The position numbers were made by a program, and so were the translations under genes. Below the pieces are notes generated by a model that was not told the origin of the DNA, did no database searches, and saw nothing but the letters and a program-made list of their open reading frames with translations. From Carpediemonas membranifera BICM (taxonomy: Eukaryota > Protista > Fornicata): a stretch of 64,000 nt of DNA. This document shows positions 1 to 11,711 of the stretch, in pieces; the first letter of the stretch is position 1; every line of letters starts with the position of its first letter. The stretch covers positions 434,001-498,000 of the forward strand of contig JAHDYR010000025.1 of NCBI GenBank assembly GCA_019828565.1. The letters run 5' to 3'.

Positions 1-465
1 AGTTTGCGTGACTTGGTGCAGAGAGCTAAAAACGTCGGGTCGGATGAGTGCTCAAGTCGTGTCAACAGATTTACACGAATGCCCAAATCTGCTCCCTGGA
101 AGGGTCCCGACACAGATTTACAACAGTGTATTCTTCTTTGCAGGCTGAATTGGTTTGAACTAGGGTCCCCCAACCGTGTATTGAACAAGACTCTTGAACA
201 GAACATGGCGGGAAGCCGGGTCAGCAGTGTAGATATCAGGTCGAGGAGGGACCATATCAAATGTGCCTCTGTGCGCATGCTTGGAAGTCAGAAGTCGGCT
301 TTAAGTCCTGACGCATGGCCAGCCTCGTCACAGGTGAAATTGGGCGCCCGTCATGAAGCCATAGCCGGCACTAGGACCAATTACTCAAACACCATCATCT
401 GCCAGACGATTTACGTGATTTATGTTGTGCTTTGCATCTGCCTTTGCGACGCTCTGCAGTGGCCC

Positions 466-1798
466 ATGGACATCAGCGAGCACCCTATATGCCTTAATAA
501 CGGACATCCGAACGCTACTGTATCATGTATACGCGTTGAGCCATCCGAAGGCCAGCTAGTATGCACTGGAGGTCAGTTCTTCTTCATTCCCCTCTTATTC
601 AGCCAGCGACGGAAGCTTATGCCTTTGGAACTATGCTGGGTTATGCCTATTCAAAACATCTGGCCATAAGCGGCCAAGGACACCCGTTGGCTGTGGCATT
701 ACCGACATGGCATGGACGAAAGTCGCCATGATGGGCAAAACACCACTCACGCTCATGATCCTGGCCACCGCGAGTGATGATGGCACAGTGAAGCTGTGGG
801 CTGTCCAGCACATTGCCTCCGGTGGGTTTGAACAGACCCCCTCGACGCCCCCGTCGCTCGTGCTCGTCCACACCGTTCAGGTGACGCCCACCGCCGACGC
901 CGTGACGACAGTGGCGCTGGCAGACATGGTCAGCGAGAACAAGAAGATCCGCATTATCGCTGGCACTGCGGGCGGCGTGGTTGCCCTCCTTAGCTGCACC
1001 ATCGACGCCAACCCTTCCGCCATCTCCGGGTTCAGCGCATTCCTCGAGCCACACGGCACCGTGCACGCGCACGCTGGCATAGTGTCCTCAGTGTCGTTCG
1101 TAGGGTGTCTGGATCTGGCGATGTCGTCCGGCCACGACGGCACGATCAGGACTTGGGCTACTCTGGCCGGCAGGGGGCCCAACGCCAAGCGGGAACTCGT
1201 GGAGCGGGCGGAGGTGATATGCCCCAGACGGTGCCCGCCGGTGTCCTCCATGCTGGTGCCGCACAACGGGCTGACGATGCTCGTGTCCACGATGGACCGG
1301 CCGGCAACCCTCCGCTTGTTCAACCGGGCGAATATGAGGAAAGGAGATGACTCAAGCAGGCCACAGGACATCCCGGCGCAGGGCATGGCGGTGTGGCGCC
1401 AGCTCCCCCGCCGAATGTACACGGGCCACGTCATGGACGTCTTCCCCTGCCGGGCCGTGGCGTGTGGCATCGGAGACCTGAAGCTCATCGCTGTAGGGAC
1501 GGATGACGGACACGTGGTGTTCTACTCCGCATCACAGGGGGCGCCGACGACCCCAGTCAAGACGTTGACCGTTGTTGACCCTGAGTCATTGACTCAAACC
1601 GAGAGAGCGGAGGCTGAGAAGGCGTCTGACCGGGCTGGAGCCTTGATGATGACGGCTGTGACCTCTCTGGACATGATAGAGGCCGACCGGATGGTGGTGA
1701 ACCGGCCTCTGAAGCGGCTCGTGCTGGCTGTGGCCAACCCGAGGCTGGTCAACGGGTGCGGACAGGCGCTCCTTTATTTCATTCAGAAGGCGGAGTAG
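466..1798 (+). CDS. WD40-repeat protein (2 exons; intron 572-602)
   Basis: ATG 466 (MDISEHP..GHPNATVSCI..VCTG) splices into A-SDGSLCLWN and joins ORF 707-1798. WD motifs ATASDDGTVKLW and SSGHDGTIRTW. Confidence 0.8.
572..602 (+). other. spliceosomal intron, 31 nt
   Basis: GTCAGT...CTTATTCAG; removal restores the WD repeat CTGASDGSLCLW. Confidence 0.85.
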
Positions 1799-1900
1799 AG
1801 TGGTATACGCTTGCTAACATGCTTTACAACGTAAACCAATCCCGTTATTATAATGATTGCTTTGCGTCTTATTCTGCGTGTTGACGCCGGAGACGTGAGA

Positions 1901-2599
1901 ATGAACTCGCGAAACCTCTCCAAAGATGATCTTGATGGTCTTTCCCGCGAGAATCTTATACAACTAGTGTTCGAATTGCATGCACAAGTTCGCCAGCTAG
2001 CCGAGAGTCAGAAGGAAACAGTGGAATACCACCGAGTGCTTTCCAATTCAATGATGTGGATAGCTGAGAAGATCAAATCGGCCAATGAAGCAGGAATACA
2101 ACGTCCTATGACGCCATCTCCTCGCCAAACCCCATCACCTCTCAAGCGCAAGGCCAAGGCTGCTCCGCCGCCCCCGCCCGCCAAGCGGGACACCTCATTC
2201 AGCATGCACGACACCTTCAACGATGTGGTCCTCACATATAAGCGCAACACCCGCCACCCCGAACTCACCGCCCGCCTCAAGAACATCACGAGCGATGAGT
2301 TCGAGGAGCTCCTGCCCGACGGCATGGTCGTCGTCCTCTCGGTCATCATCGATTGGCTCTGGGACCCGTTCCTCGTGATCAACGCGCTGGTCTACCTGTG
2401 CGAGACGATGGCCAAGTATCCCCAGGTGTTTGAGACAGTCACGGCACTCGACCCGGACTGGGGCACACAGTGCCACGGTCAACTCAAGAGGCTCGTGAGC
2501 GATGTCAGGTTCGTCGATCGGCTGACTGAGGCAGGGCTGACGGCGGAGGAGGTAGCCAGGGTGGCAGTTCATATTGAGCAGGTGATGGACGCAGAGTAG
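1901..2599 (+). CDS. hypothetical protein (N-terminal coiled coil, Pro-rich linker, helical C-terminus)
   Basis: Long ORF with host-like GC3 bias; AGTAAA at the stop. Start could be 1853. Confidence 0.7.
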   Translation: MNSRNLSKDDLDGLSRENLIQLVFELHAQVRQLAESQKETVEYHRVLSNSMMWIAEKIKSANEAGIQRPMTPSPRQTPSPLKRKAKAAPPPPPAKRDTSFSMHDTFNDVVLTYKRNTRHPELTARLKNITSDEFEELLPDGMVVVLSVIIDWLWDPFLVINALVYLCETMAKYPQVFETVTALDPDWGTQCHGQLKRLVSDVRFVDRLTEAGLTAEEVARVAVHIEQVMDAE

Positions 2600-2702
2600 T
2601 AAAGAAAGCAGTGTGTTGTGGTGATTGATGGTGCTTAATACTGCTCATTTACATTGTTACATGAGTCACGAAGTATGTCGCTCTAGAAGAGGAAAAGAGA
2701 CA

Positions 2703-4379
2703 ATGGACCACTTAACAAAGGGCTCTTGCGAGTTTGGGAGCCAACTAGATGAATGGGATGAATATCAAGCGATGCATGACGAGACCAGCGTGCTCGATAG
2801 TCCTTCTGTTGCCCGTGTCCGCCAAGTCGTGGATAAAACCAAGACCGAGGGGCATTGCGGCCTCAACAACCTCGGAAACACGTGCTACATGAACAGTGCT
2901 CTTCAGTGCTTGAGCAACACCCCTCTCTTCCGCAAGGCGTTGCTTAATTACGAGCCAACCGAACTTGAGGGTGTCACGAAGCACCTTCGCGAACTTCTCG
3001 CCACCATGTGGATGCCCGGTGCATGCGCGACCACTCCTTCGTCGTTCAAACAAGCTCTCGGCGCTCTGAACCCCCGCTTCGGTGGCTTCTCCCAGGAGGA
3101 TTCTTCCGAGATGCTGAACTTCCTGTTCGAGGGCATTCACGACACTTTCGTCCCCAAGTGCAAGGATGCCGTGCCAGAGATCGACTCTACGCTCCCCCAG
3201 GAAGAGCAGGTCCGCGAGGCATGGAAGGCACACCAGGCCCGGGGCGACTCGCTTATTTCCCGTTTGTTCACCGGCCTGTATAAGAGCACCGTCGCCTGTG
3301 ACTTCTGCAAGGCCGAGTCGGCCACCTATGAGCCGTTCCAGATGCTTTCCTTGCCCGTCCCCCGACCCGACACCCGTGTGACGTTCATCATCATCCCCAT
3401 GTTCGCCGAGCCTGTGACAAAGCACGGCTGCATCCGTCAGTCCTCCCCTGAGACCATCAAGGAGGCTCTCGAAGCGCTGAACATGCCGTTCTCGGTCAAC
3501 AGAGCCGTCGTCATCACGTCTGGCTCCTTTGCCCCCCGCCGGGTGCCCCTCGAGAAGCCCATGATGCACTTTGGCATACACTCGAACACAGCCACCGTCA
3601 TCGTCGCGGAGGTGGCGCATGAGGCCGACAATCTTGTCGAGATCACCCTCGGCGGCCAGCCCTGGATGGTGCGGCCCACCCTCAACGTCCAGAAGCTCAA
3701 GGAGTCCGCCGATGAGCTCATTCGCATGCTTCTTGACGCCTACGGCCTCCCCGACGACGTCAACCTCTCCGAACTTCATTTCCGCCAGAACAACATCACC
3801 GTCACCTCCGACACGCTCGACCCCTCCCACCATGGCGTCACCGTGATCTCCCTGGAGCTCCCCCGGGCCATCCGCACCCTCGTAGAGTGCCCAAGGTCGG
3901 TCAACATGACGCCCAAGCCCGAGCCCGCGCTGACCCTCGCCGACTGCTTCCAGGCGGAGTTTGACAGGGACATGCTCGACGGGGTCAACATGTGGCGCTG
4001 CCCCAGCTGCAAGGAGCCCCGCAAGGCCTCCAAGCAGCTTACCGTCGCCCGCACGCCCCCGGTCCTAATCATTCACCTCAGACGGTTCGACGCCACGTCC
4101 GGCTACGGCTCGAAGGTCGACACGCTGGTCGATTTCCCTGAGCACCTCGACCTCGCCGACGTCATGCCCCAACTCCCGGTCGACTCACCCAGCCGCTACA
4201 CCCTGAACGCCGTCAGCCACCACAGCGGGTCGCTGTCGTTCGGCCACTACACTGCCTCGGGGCGGGGTGCGGACGGTAAGTGGCTGTATTTCAACGACAG
4301 CCGCGTATCCCGGGCCAGCTTCGAGTCCGCAAGGGCATCGACGGCGTTCCTTCTCTTTTACTCGGCTGATGACGAATGA
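2703..4379 (+). CDS. ubiquitin carboxyl-terminal hydrolase (USP/C19, USP4/8/15-like)
   Basis: Cys box GLNNLGNTCYMNSALQCL, QEDSSE, zinc ribbon CxxC...CPSC, His box HHSGSLSFGHY, FNDS. Confidence 0.95.
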   Translation: MDHLTKGSCEFGSQLDEWDEYQAMHDETSVLDSPSVARVRQVVDKTKTEGHCGLNNLGNTCYMNSALQCLSNTPLFRKALLNYEPTELEGVTKHLRELLATMWMPGACATTPSSFKQALGALNPRFGGFSQEDSSEMLNFLFEGIHDTFVPKCKDAVPEIDSTLPQEEQVREAWKAHQARGDSLISRLFTGLYKSTVACDFCKAESATYEPFQMLSLPVPRPDTRVTFIIIPMFAEPVTKHGCIRQSSPETIKEALEALNMPFSVNRAVVITSGSFAPRRVPLEKPMMHFGIHSNTATVIVAEVAHEADNLVEITLGGQPWMVRPTLNVQKLKESADELIRMLLDAYGLPDDVNLSELHFRQNNITVTSDTLDPSHHGVTVISLELPRAIRTLVECPRSVNMTPKPEPALTLADCFQAEFDRDMLDGVNMWRCPSCKEPRKASKQLTVARTPPVLIIHLRRFDATSGYGSKVDTLVDFPEHLDLADVMPQLPVDSPSRYTLNAVSHHSGSLSFGHYTASGRGADGKWLYFNDSRVSRASFESARASTAFLLFYSADDE

Positions 4380-4483
4380 GTGCATAAATTCCTCGATTGA
4401 GCTGCGCTGTGGGGCAGAGATGGGCTGGTTCATTGATGCTGTGGTGTTGATGCGCAGATCTGACAATTCATCAGAGCGAAGTC

Positions 4484-5271
4484 ATGGCGCAGGACCTGTT
4501 CGTTCCCGGCGAGGAAGTGGCAGATATATCTGACCAACTGCGGTATGTACTCCTATATCTGCTCACACAGGGGCCATGGCATCACTACAAACGACACACA
4601 CCTTGTTTCTTCATTATGCGGCATTTCTTCACAGCTACACAAGCTGACGTTCATGACAAGCTTTAAGACGTGGTATCAACCTCGTGTGGGCGACATAGTG
4701 ATCGGGCGCATCGTCTCTATCGAGGGACGCAAGTGGAAGGTCGACGTCGGTGCCCCACAGCACGGCCGGCTCATGATATCGTCCGTGAACCTCCCAGGTG
4801 GTGAATTGGTACGTCTCCAACCCTCATCTTACCCAGCGTCGGCGAGACCAGACGGATGAGCTCAACATGCGATCCTTCTTCATCGAGGGCGACGTCCTCT
4901 CCGCCGAGGTCCAGCAGACCAACCAGGACGGGTCATTCACCCTCCACACGAGGTCTGAGAGGTATGGCAAGCTCGAGCACGGCTACTTTGCCCGTACCGA
5001 GTCCTACCTGGTTAAGAGGGCGAACCGGCACATCCACACGCTCGACAACGGCGTGGGACTTATCATTGGCGTTAACGGGCGGTGTTGGATCAGTGGACCA
5101 AGGCCCATGGCGGCAGGGCAGGGCGAGAGCACCAAGGACATGGCCGATGCCGTTCTCAGCGTCGACAGGCTGCGGGGAGTGGCGCGCACCGCCCGGGCTA
5201 TCGAGGAGCTCACGGCAGAGAGGAAATTTGTGACGCTGGAGAGCATCACGGCAAGACTGGCGGACATGTGA
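4484..5271 (+). CDS. RRP4: exosome complex component RRP4 (3 exons)
   Basis: After splicing 4543-4570 and 4809-4836: FVPGE..LRGHG..YQPRVGDIVIGRI..SVNLPGGELRRRDQTDELNMRSFF..HTRSERYGKL..IIGVNGRCW. Confidence 0.93.
4543..4570 (+). other. spliceosomal intron, 28 nt
   Basis: GTATGT...CTCACACAG; restores the conserved RGHG of RRP4. Confidence 0.9.
4809..4836 (+). other. spliceosomal intron, 28 nt
   Basis: GTACGT...CTTACCCAG; restores the conserved LPGGELRRR. Confidence 0.92.
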
Positions 5272-5428
5272 GTGTCGTCCGGTAAACATGCGGCTCAGTG
5301 TGATGGGTGTGGAGTTATTGGCGGCGAGTAGGCGTCGGCACGGTGAAGCTAGGATTGGGGGTGCACGCATCAGTGTAGCTGGGTACGATCATGGCGGGTC
5401 CGGCCGATTTATGTGAGGATGGCTTCGA

Positions 5429-8400
5429 ATGTTATTCCTCAATCGAAGGCGAAAAGCAAAATCGCGAAGAATGAACGCTACATCCGGTATCAAGAAGGCC
5501 GGTGAGGCGAATATTGCTGTGAGTGTTCGTGTGCGTCCTCTCAATCGTCAAGAGGAGGTCGATGGGCGGAAGGCAGTCGTCAAAGCGGAACCTTTGAAGA
5601 ATATCCTCGTACAGCGCATCCAAGGCGCCGTCAATCCGTCCAACCGCGAGGTACAGGAGCGCTTCTCCTTCAACTCCACCTTCGGCCCCGAAACATCCCA
5701 GGAGGATCTCTACAACTCCGTTGCTCGCCCACTCGTCATCGAAACTCTGCACGGCTACAACTCCACCATATTCTGCTACGGCCAGACGGGCACGGGCAAG
5801 ACTTTCACCATGGAGGGCGTGGACTTCAACAACTGGGTGCATTCATCCGGCGAAGGCATCCTCCCCGAGTCTGCCGGCCTCATTCCCCGCGCCGTGGACG
5901 ACATCTTCAAGCATATCAACGAGTCCGGCGTTGAGTCGACCGTGCGTATCTCACACCTTGAGATCTACAACGAGAAGCTGCAGGACCTTCTCGCGCCCCT
6001 CGACAACGCCCCCGAGCCGAAGATCTTCAACGGCAAGGGCAAGGATCACATGCTCATCTCCGGACTGGAGGAGTTCGTTGTGAAGGACACCGCGGAGGTG
6101 CTCCGGTTCCTCAAGGTGAGCCTGGAGAAGCGTACTACGGCGCAGACGGGGGCCAACGAGCGCTCGTCTCGCTCCCACTGCATCTTCAGCCTGACAGTCC
6201 ACATGAAGGAGACACTGGCCGACGGGGACGACGTGCTGAAGGTCGGCAAGCTGTACCTGGTCGACCTGGCCGGATCCGAGTCGGCCACGGTGTCGTCCCA
6301 TACCCAGGAGACACGGAACATCAACACCTCGCTTCTGACCCTCGGCAAGGTCATCAAGGAGCTCAACGAGCACCACAGACACGTCTCATACCGCGAGTCT
6401 AAGCTGACCCGGCTGCTGCAGGAGAGTCTTGGTGGTAAGGCCAAGACGGCGATGGTCGCCACCGTCGCCCCGACGGACGCGGCAGTAGACCAGACACTTA
6501 ACACGCTGAGGTACGCCCAGCAGGCCATGAACGTCAAGAACAAGCCCGAGGCCAACGAGCGGCGGTCCCGCAAGAACATCGTCCGCGAGTACCTCTCGGA
6601 GATCGAGCGGCTGCAGCGGGAGCTGGCCGCCATCCGGTCGACCGAGGGCGTGGTCCACCTCCCCGTCGAGCGGTTCAACGCCCTCGAGGAGCAGGCGAAG
6701 GGCGGGCAGACCGCTGCGGAGAAGACCGCAGAGATCGAGGCCCAACTCGTCGCCGTCGGCAAGGAGTTCGACGCTGCCCGCCAGACACTCACCCTGACGG
6801 AGCACGAGCTGGAGAGGGCCCGATCGTCAGTGAGGACGCTGAAGTCCGAGCTCGGCACCGTGTACATCGAGCGGGACGCCCTGCAGCAGAACGAGGCCAG
6901 GGCGCGGAAGACGGCGAAGGAGCTGAACAGCGAGCTGAGCGCGTCGATCGGAGACATCACACGTTTGTTCAACCAGCTCGAATCCCACCAGATCCACGAG
7001 ACGAAGACGGCCGAGAAGGTCAGCAGGTTCCAGGCGAACCTCACGGCCCTCGTAGGCCAGCTCAACGAGTCGCTGGACACCATGGAAGCGCAGTACTCGG
7101 GCGGCATCAGCAGCGGCCTGCAGCTGCTCGGGGAGCGGACGGCCGAGGGCGCTGAGGCCATTGATGAGCTCAAATCTACGCTAGATTCACTCCATGACAA
7201 GTCCGGGTCGACTCTGGTGGAGTCAATCGACTCGTACATCCGGGAGGAGATGGCGACCCAGACGACGGAGGGCTCGGCCGCAGATGACCTCAAGTCAACC
7301 ATCGAAGCGCTCCAGAAGTCGATCGGGGCGACCGAGGCGAACATCAATGGAAACCTGGCCTCTCTACGGGTCTCGATCGACTCGGTCGACTCGACCCTCT
7401 TCCAGACACATGAGGCGGTCAAGCAGAGCACTACCAAGGCGACCAAGGCCGTAGACGGCTGCCGGACCACTCTCAAGCGGACCCTGCACGGCCTGGCCGA
7501 GTCACACTCGGACGCGATCGCCCAGCTCCAGCAGAGGATGGGGTCCGACGTGGAGACGACCATGGCGTCCAAGGTCGGGCTCAGACGCATGGCCACAGAC
7601 CTCAGCTCGGCGTTCACAGCCCAGATCCAGTCGATGGCGGCCGAGATGATGTCAGAGTTCACTAAGCGGGTCGAGGCGGCCATAGACGAGAGCGTCGGCC
7701 GCACGAGAGGGTACGCTGGCGAGCTCGACGCATTCAACCGGGCGACCAGCAAGGCCGTCCAGGAGAGCGCGGCGAGTGTGTCAGATGCTCTCAAGGCCGT
7801 TACGGAGTCGTCCGTGGCGACTGAGGCCGCGGTGGGCGGGTTGGACACGCTGTCGCGGTCGCTGTCGTCGCTGATGCCGACTAAGGCGCAGTTTGACTCG
7901 ATCCGTGACGGTCTGGGCGTCACGGCGAACAAGGTAGCCGCCCTCCGGCAGATTAGGGTCGACGCCGGCACTGACGCGGCCCGCAAGCTGCGGAACAATA
8001 TCGCCCAGTCGATGTCTGCCGACCGCACGGCTATATCTGACATCACCAAGTCACTGGAGTCGATCCGGGCCCGTCTCGATGCCGTGGCGGGTGATGTGGA
8101 GTCTGAGATGACGACTGGGACAACCGAGGGCGCGCTAGCTGTTCACACGGCCCGCCAGAGCGCCACGGCCATCGCCAAGCTCAGCGGCGTGCTCGATGTT
8201 GAACCGATTCGCCCCGCGGGGACGCCCATCGCGCCACGGACGATGCCCGCCGTGAGCATCCCCTCGCCCGTCAAGCGGACGGCGCTGATCAACAGATACA
8301 GGACCACCCACGGGACACCGTCCGTGGCCGCCGACCGTGGCAGGCAGGGCCGGGCGCTGTGGGCGTCGACGCTCACCCCCGTCCAGAGCACCCCGACCAC

Positions 8401-8491
8401 GCCTGTCGGGCACCAGAGGGAGACTGGGTTCAGCCCCAGGCCGAGCAGTATGAGCCGGCCCGGCCCCATCGACGTGCCGGGCACGCCGTAA
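5429..8491 (+). CDS. kinesin-5 (BimC/Eg5-like) motor
   Basis: VRVRP, YGQTGTGKTFTM P-loop, SSRSH, LVDLAGSE, HVSYRESKLTRLLQESLGG, IVREYLSEIERLQRELAA neck, long coiled coil. Start may be 5471. Confidence 0.93.
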   Translation: MLFLNRRRKAKSRRMNATSGIKKAGEANIAVSVRVRPLNRQEEVDGRKAVVKAEPLKNILVQRIQGAVNPSNREVQERFSFNSTFGPETSQEDLYNSVARPLVIETLHGYNSTIFCYGQTGTGKTFTMEGVDFNNWVHSSGEGILPESAGLIPRAVDDIFKHINESGVESTVRISHLEIYNEKLQDLLAPLDNAPEPKIFNGKGKDHMLISGLEEFVVKDTAEVLRFLKVSLEKRTTAQTGANERSSRSHCIFSLTVHMKETLADGDDVLKVGKLYLVDLAGSESATVSSHTQETRNINTSLLTLGKVIKELNEHHRHVSYRESKLTRLLQESLGGKAKTAMVATVAPTDAAVDQTLNTLRYAQQAMNVKNKPEANERRSRKNIVREYLSEIERLQRELAAIRSTEGVVHLPVERFNALEEQAKGGQTAAEKTAEIEAQLVAVGKEFDAARQTLTLTEHELERARSSVRTLKSELGTVYIERDALQQNEARARKTAKELNSELSASIGDITRLFNQLESHQIHETKTAEKVSRFQANLTALVGQLNESLDTMEAQYSGGISSGLQLLGERTAEGAEAIDELKSTLDSLHDKSGSTLVESIDSYIREEMATQTTEGSAADDLKSTIEALQKSIGATEANINGNLASLRVSIDSVDSTLFQTHEAVKQSTTKATKAVDGCRTTLKRTLHGLAESHSDAIAQLQQRMGSDVETTMASKVGLRRMATDLSSAFTAQIQSMAAEMMSEFTKRVEAAIDESVGRTRGYAGELDAFNRATSKAVQESAASVSDALKAVTESSVATEAAVGGLDTLSRSLSSLMPTKAQFDSIRDGLGVTANKVAALRQIRVDAGTDAARKLRNNIAQSMSADRTAISDITKSLESIRARLDAVAGDVESEMTTGTTEGALAVHTARQSATAIAKLSGVLDVEPIRPAGTPIAPRTMPAVSIPSPVKRTALINRYRTTHGTPSVAADRGRQGRALWASTLTPVQSTPTTPVGHQRETGFSPRPSSMSRPGPIDVPGTP

Positions 8492-8833
8492 TGTACAGTA
8501 AACTCGCGTTCGTCCTGGAAAGGTGGGTGTGAGGAGGAATAGCTACGATTGGTCATTAATAGTATGCTGAATAAGGCCAATGTGGCGGGGGTTGATTTTG
8601 GATCGCGAGATACATTCCCGCACTCAGCATGTCAGCCTAATTTCTCGAGATCCAGGCGCTCTTCATCTCCAAAACTCACACACCACATACACAGGGATAC
8701 CAGCACTACTCTCCCTTATTTACTCCTCATATACTGCTCCTACCTGCATGAAAATGAGTTTAAACCATTTCTACCGCGACATGGTTACTCCTGCGACTTG
8801 GCGACTCAAAGCGCTTCGTTTGTTGTATCTGCA

Positions 8834-10156
8834 ATGGGCAAGGAGAAGGCTCACGTTAACCTCGTTGTTATCGGTCACGTCGATGTCGGCAAGTCCACCA
8901 CCACTGGTCACCTTATCTACAAGTGCGGTGGTATCGACAAGCGTACCATCGAGAAGTTCGAGAAGGAGGCCTCCGAGATGGGCAAGGGCTCTTTCAAGTA
9001 CGCCTGGGTTCTTGACAAGCTCAAGGCCGAGCGTGAGCGTGGTATCACCATCGATATCGCCCTCTGGAAGTTCGAGACTGGCAAGTACCACTTCACCATC
9101 ATCGATGCTCCCGGCCACCGTGATTTCATCAAGAACATGATCACCGGCACCTCCCAGGCCGATGTCGCTCTCCTCATCGTCGCCGCTGGCCAGGGTGAGT
9201 TCGAGGCTGGCATCTCCAAGGACGGCCAGACCCGCGAGCACGCTCTTCTCGCCTCCACCCTTGGCGTTAAGCAGATGATCATCGGCATCAACAAGATGGA
9301 TTCCGAGTCCGTCAAGTTCGCCGAGTCCCGCTACAAGGAGATCTCCAAGGAGGTTTCTTCCTTCATCAAGCGCGTTGGCTACAAGCCCGAGGACACTCCC
9401 TTCGTCCCCATCTCCGGCTGGAACGGCGACAACATGCTCGAGCGCTCCTCCAACATGCCCTGGTACAAGGGCCCCACCCTTATCGAGGCCCTCGACCTCG
9501 TCAAGCCCCCGGTGCGCCCCGTTGACAAGCCCCTCCGCCTCCCCCTCCAGGACGTCTACAAGATCGGTGGCATCGGCACTGTGCCCGTTGGCCGTGTTGA
9601 GACCGGTGTCATCAAGCCCGGCATGACCATCTGCTTCGCCCCCGCTATGGTCCGCACTGAGTGCAAGTCCGTCGAGATGCATCACGAGCAGCTCGCCGAG
9701 GCCGTCCCCGGTGACAACGTTGGCTTCAACGTCAAGAACGTCTCCGTCAAGGATGTCAAGCGCGGCATGGTTGCTTCCAACGACAAGGACCACCCCGCCT
9801 GCGAGTGCGCCACCTTCGACGCCCAGGTCATGATCATGAACCACCCCGGCCAGATCCACGCCGGCTACACCCCCGTTCTTGATTGCCACACTGCTCACAT
9901 CGCCGTCAAGTTCTCTGAGCTTCTTCAGAAGATCGACCGCCGTACCGGTAAGGTCCAGGAGGAGAACCCCAAGATGGTCAAGACCGGTGACTCCGTCATC
10001 GCCCGCATGCTCCCCTCCAAGCCCATGTGCGTCGAGTCCTTCACTGAGTACCCCCCTCTCGGCCGTTTCGCCGTCCGTGATATGCGCCAGACCGTCGCTG
10101 TCGGTGTCATCAAGGCCGTCGAGTTCAAGGCTGAGGGCAAGAAGGCCAAGAAGTAA
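8834..10156 (+). CDS. EEF1A: translation elongation factor 1-alpha
   Basis: [48 protein letters not shown]; extreme codon bias. Confidence 0.99.
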   Translation: MGKEKAHVNLVVIGHVDVGKSTTTGHLIYKCGGIDKRTIEKFEKEASEMGKGSFKYAWVLDKLKAERERGITIDIALWKFETGKYHFTIIDAPGHRDFIKNMITGTSQADVALLIVAAGQGEFEAGISKDGQTREHALLASTLGVKQMIIGINKMDSESVKFAESRYKEISKEVSSFIKRVGYKPEDTPFVPISGWNGDNMLERSSNMPWYKGPTLIEALDLVKPPVRPVDKPLRLPLQDVYKIGGIGTVPVGRVETGVIKPGMTICFAPAMVRTECKSVEMHHEQLAEAVPGDNVGFNVKNVSVKDVKRGMVASNDKDHPACECATFDAQVMIMNHPGQIHAGYTPVLDCHTAHIAVKFSELLQKIDRRTGKVQEENPKMVKTGDSVIARMLPSKPMCVESFTEYPPLGRFAVRDMRQTVAVGVIKAVEFKAEGKKAKK

Positions 10157-10299
10157 GTAGTGCAGATAAACGATGAGATAATGCTTTCATAATCCGACTG
10201 GGCCCAAGTTACAATATCGACTTGTTTGAGGCTGGTCAGCTGGCCGCTTGACATTTATTGCCACAGAAGTATTAATAATGTAATAAACCGCGTGATTTA

Positions 10300-11628
10300 T
10301 CAGCCCTTCTTACCCAGCCCGAGCTTCTTCTTGAGGTTGACCATCTTCTTGCTGTTAGCGATGTCCGCATCCATCGCTGCCTGCGCCTTGCCCCACCGCG
10401 CGTCTGCCAGCTTCGCCCTGCGCTGCTGGAACTCCTCCTTCGCGAGGGCCGCGCCAACGACCTCCTGCCGCAGCTGGCGACCGACGCGCTTCTCCTGCTT
10501 GCGGAGATGCTTCTTGAGCGTCCTGTTGTCCATCTCGGCCTTCGACCCGAATGTCTGGTCGATCGTCGGCGCCATGGCCACGACGGCCTCGCCCCGCATT
10601 GCCTTCTGCCACTGCAGCGGCGTCCGGGTAGAAGCGACCTGCTCGACGGCCTGCTGCACGGCGGGCCCCGCCCCGGCCACGAGCACCGGCAGGGCGGGCA
10701 CAGGCGTCCGCAGGGCGACCTCCGTCTCGGACAGGTGACGGAACTCGGCGACATCCCGGGTGGGGTCGAAGCGGGTCCCGGCGTTGGCGGGCTTGCCGGC
10801 CGAGTAGACCGTGACAACCCTGTCCAGCGCTGCGGTGAGCATCGCACGCTGGTCGTCCGCGAGGGCAGACCGGGCGAGCAGCACGACGAGGGCGGTGGCC
10901 AGCTCGGGGATGAGGACGCTGGTGCCGACAGCGGCGCCGGTCAGTCCGGCGAGCAGCAGGCGTACGGTGGTCCACGCGCCGCCGCTGGGGGCCCGCTTGG
11001 ATGGCAGCTTGGCGACGGCTCGACTCAGTGCCCAGGCGGCGCCGGCGATGGCTGCGGCGTTGTGGGGGCAGAGGCGGACGCCCAGGGCCAGCAGCGCCGC
11101 GTCAGCCGTGGAGGGGGCCTCACGGGTCGCTGTCGCCTCCGTAGCGATGGAGGTCAGCACGTCGGTCCCGGCAGCCTTGTCCTCGTCGAGGCACGCCGTC
11201 AGACGCTCGAGGAGGTCGGCCACAGCGGAACGGACGGGAGCGTCACCGGCCGCGAACAGGGCCTTGTACTCATCGAGAAGGGCCGTAAACCGCGCCTCAT
11301 ACGAGTCCACAGGGGCGGCGGCGACGGGCTCGGGCTCATCCTCGCTCTCGTCGTCCTCGAACATGTTGAGCGTCTCGCCGAAGAGCGACTTGCCACCGTT
11401 CTCGTATTCATCGGCCTCCAGGAGACCCTGAAGACCACCAGTGGTGTGCAGCATCTTGTTTAGCTCCACGAACTGCTCGTTAAGGTTGGCGACGCCGTCG
11501 TTCACCTCAGCAGCGACCTCCTTCCGTTGCTCGCGGTACATATGGGCTTTTGCGATCACATCAAGCTCCTTGGCCTTTCTCTGGTCCAATAGCGGCTGCT
11601 TTCTCTTCACACCGCCACGCTTAGGCAT
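10300..11628 (-). CDS. Nop14-like nucleolar protein (shortened)
   Basis: C-terminal PLQW...KKHLRKQEKRVGRQLRQE resembles the Nop14 C-terminus; basic N-terminus and acidic tract. Confidence 0.6.
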   Translation of the reverse strand: MPKRGGVKRKQPLLDQRKAKELDVIAKAHMYREQRKEVAAEVNDGVANLNEQFVELNKMLHTTGGLQGLLEADEYENGGKSLFGETLNMFEDDESEDEPEPVAAAPVDSYEARFTALLDEYKALFAAGDAPVRSAVADLLERLTACLDEDKAAGTDVLTSIATEATATREAPSTADAALLALGVRLCPHNAAAIAGAAWALSRAVAKLPSKRAPSGGAWTTVRLLLAGLTGAAVGTSVLIPELATALVVLLARSALADDQRAMLTAALDRVVTVYSAGKPANAGTRFDPTRDVAEFRHLSETEVALRTPVPALPVLVAGAGPAVQQAVEQVASTRTPLQWQKAMRGEAVVAMAPTIDQTFGSKAEMDNRTLKKHLRKQEKRVGRQLRQEVVGAALAKEEFQQRRAKLADARWGKAQAAMDADIANSKKMVNLKKKLGLGKKG

Positions 11629-11711
11629 TCTGACTCCGCGACTCACAGACCCCAGCAAGTATCGCCCAGATTCCCGTAAAGATGCTATTTACACCCGTAT
11701 CCGCTAATATT

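Noticed and set aside
8549-8833. 95-aa N-terminal extension of EF-1alpha in the ORF track
   Set aside because: Non-ATG start and no codon bias; the canonical MGKEK start is at 8834.
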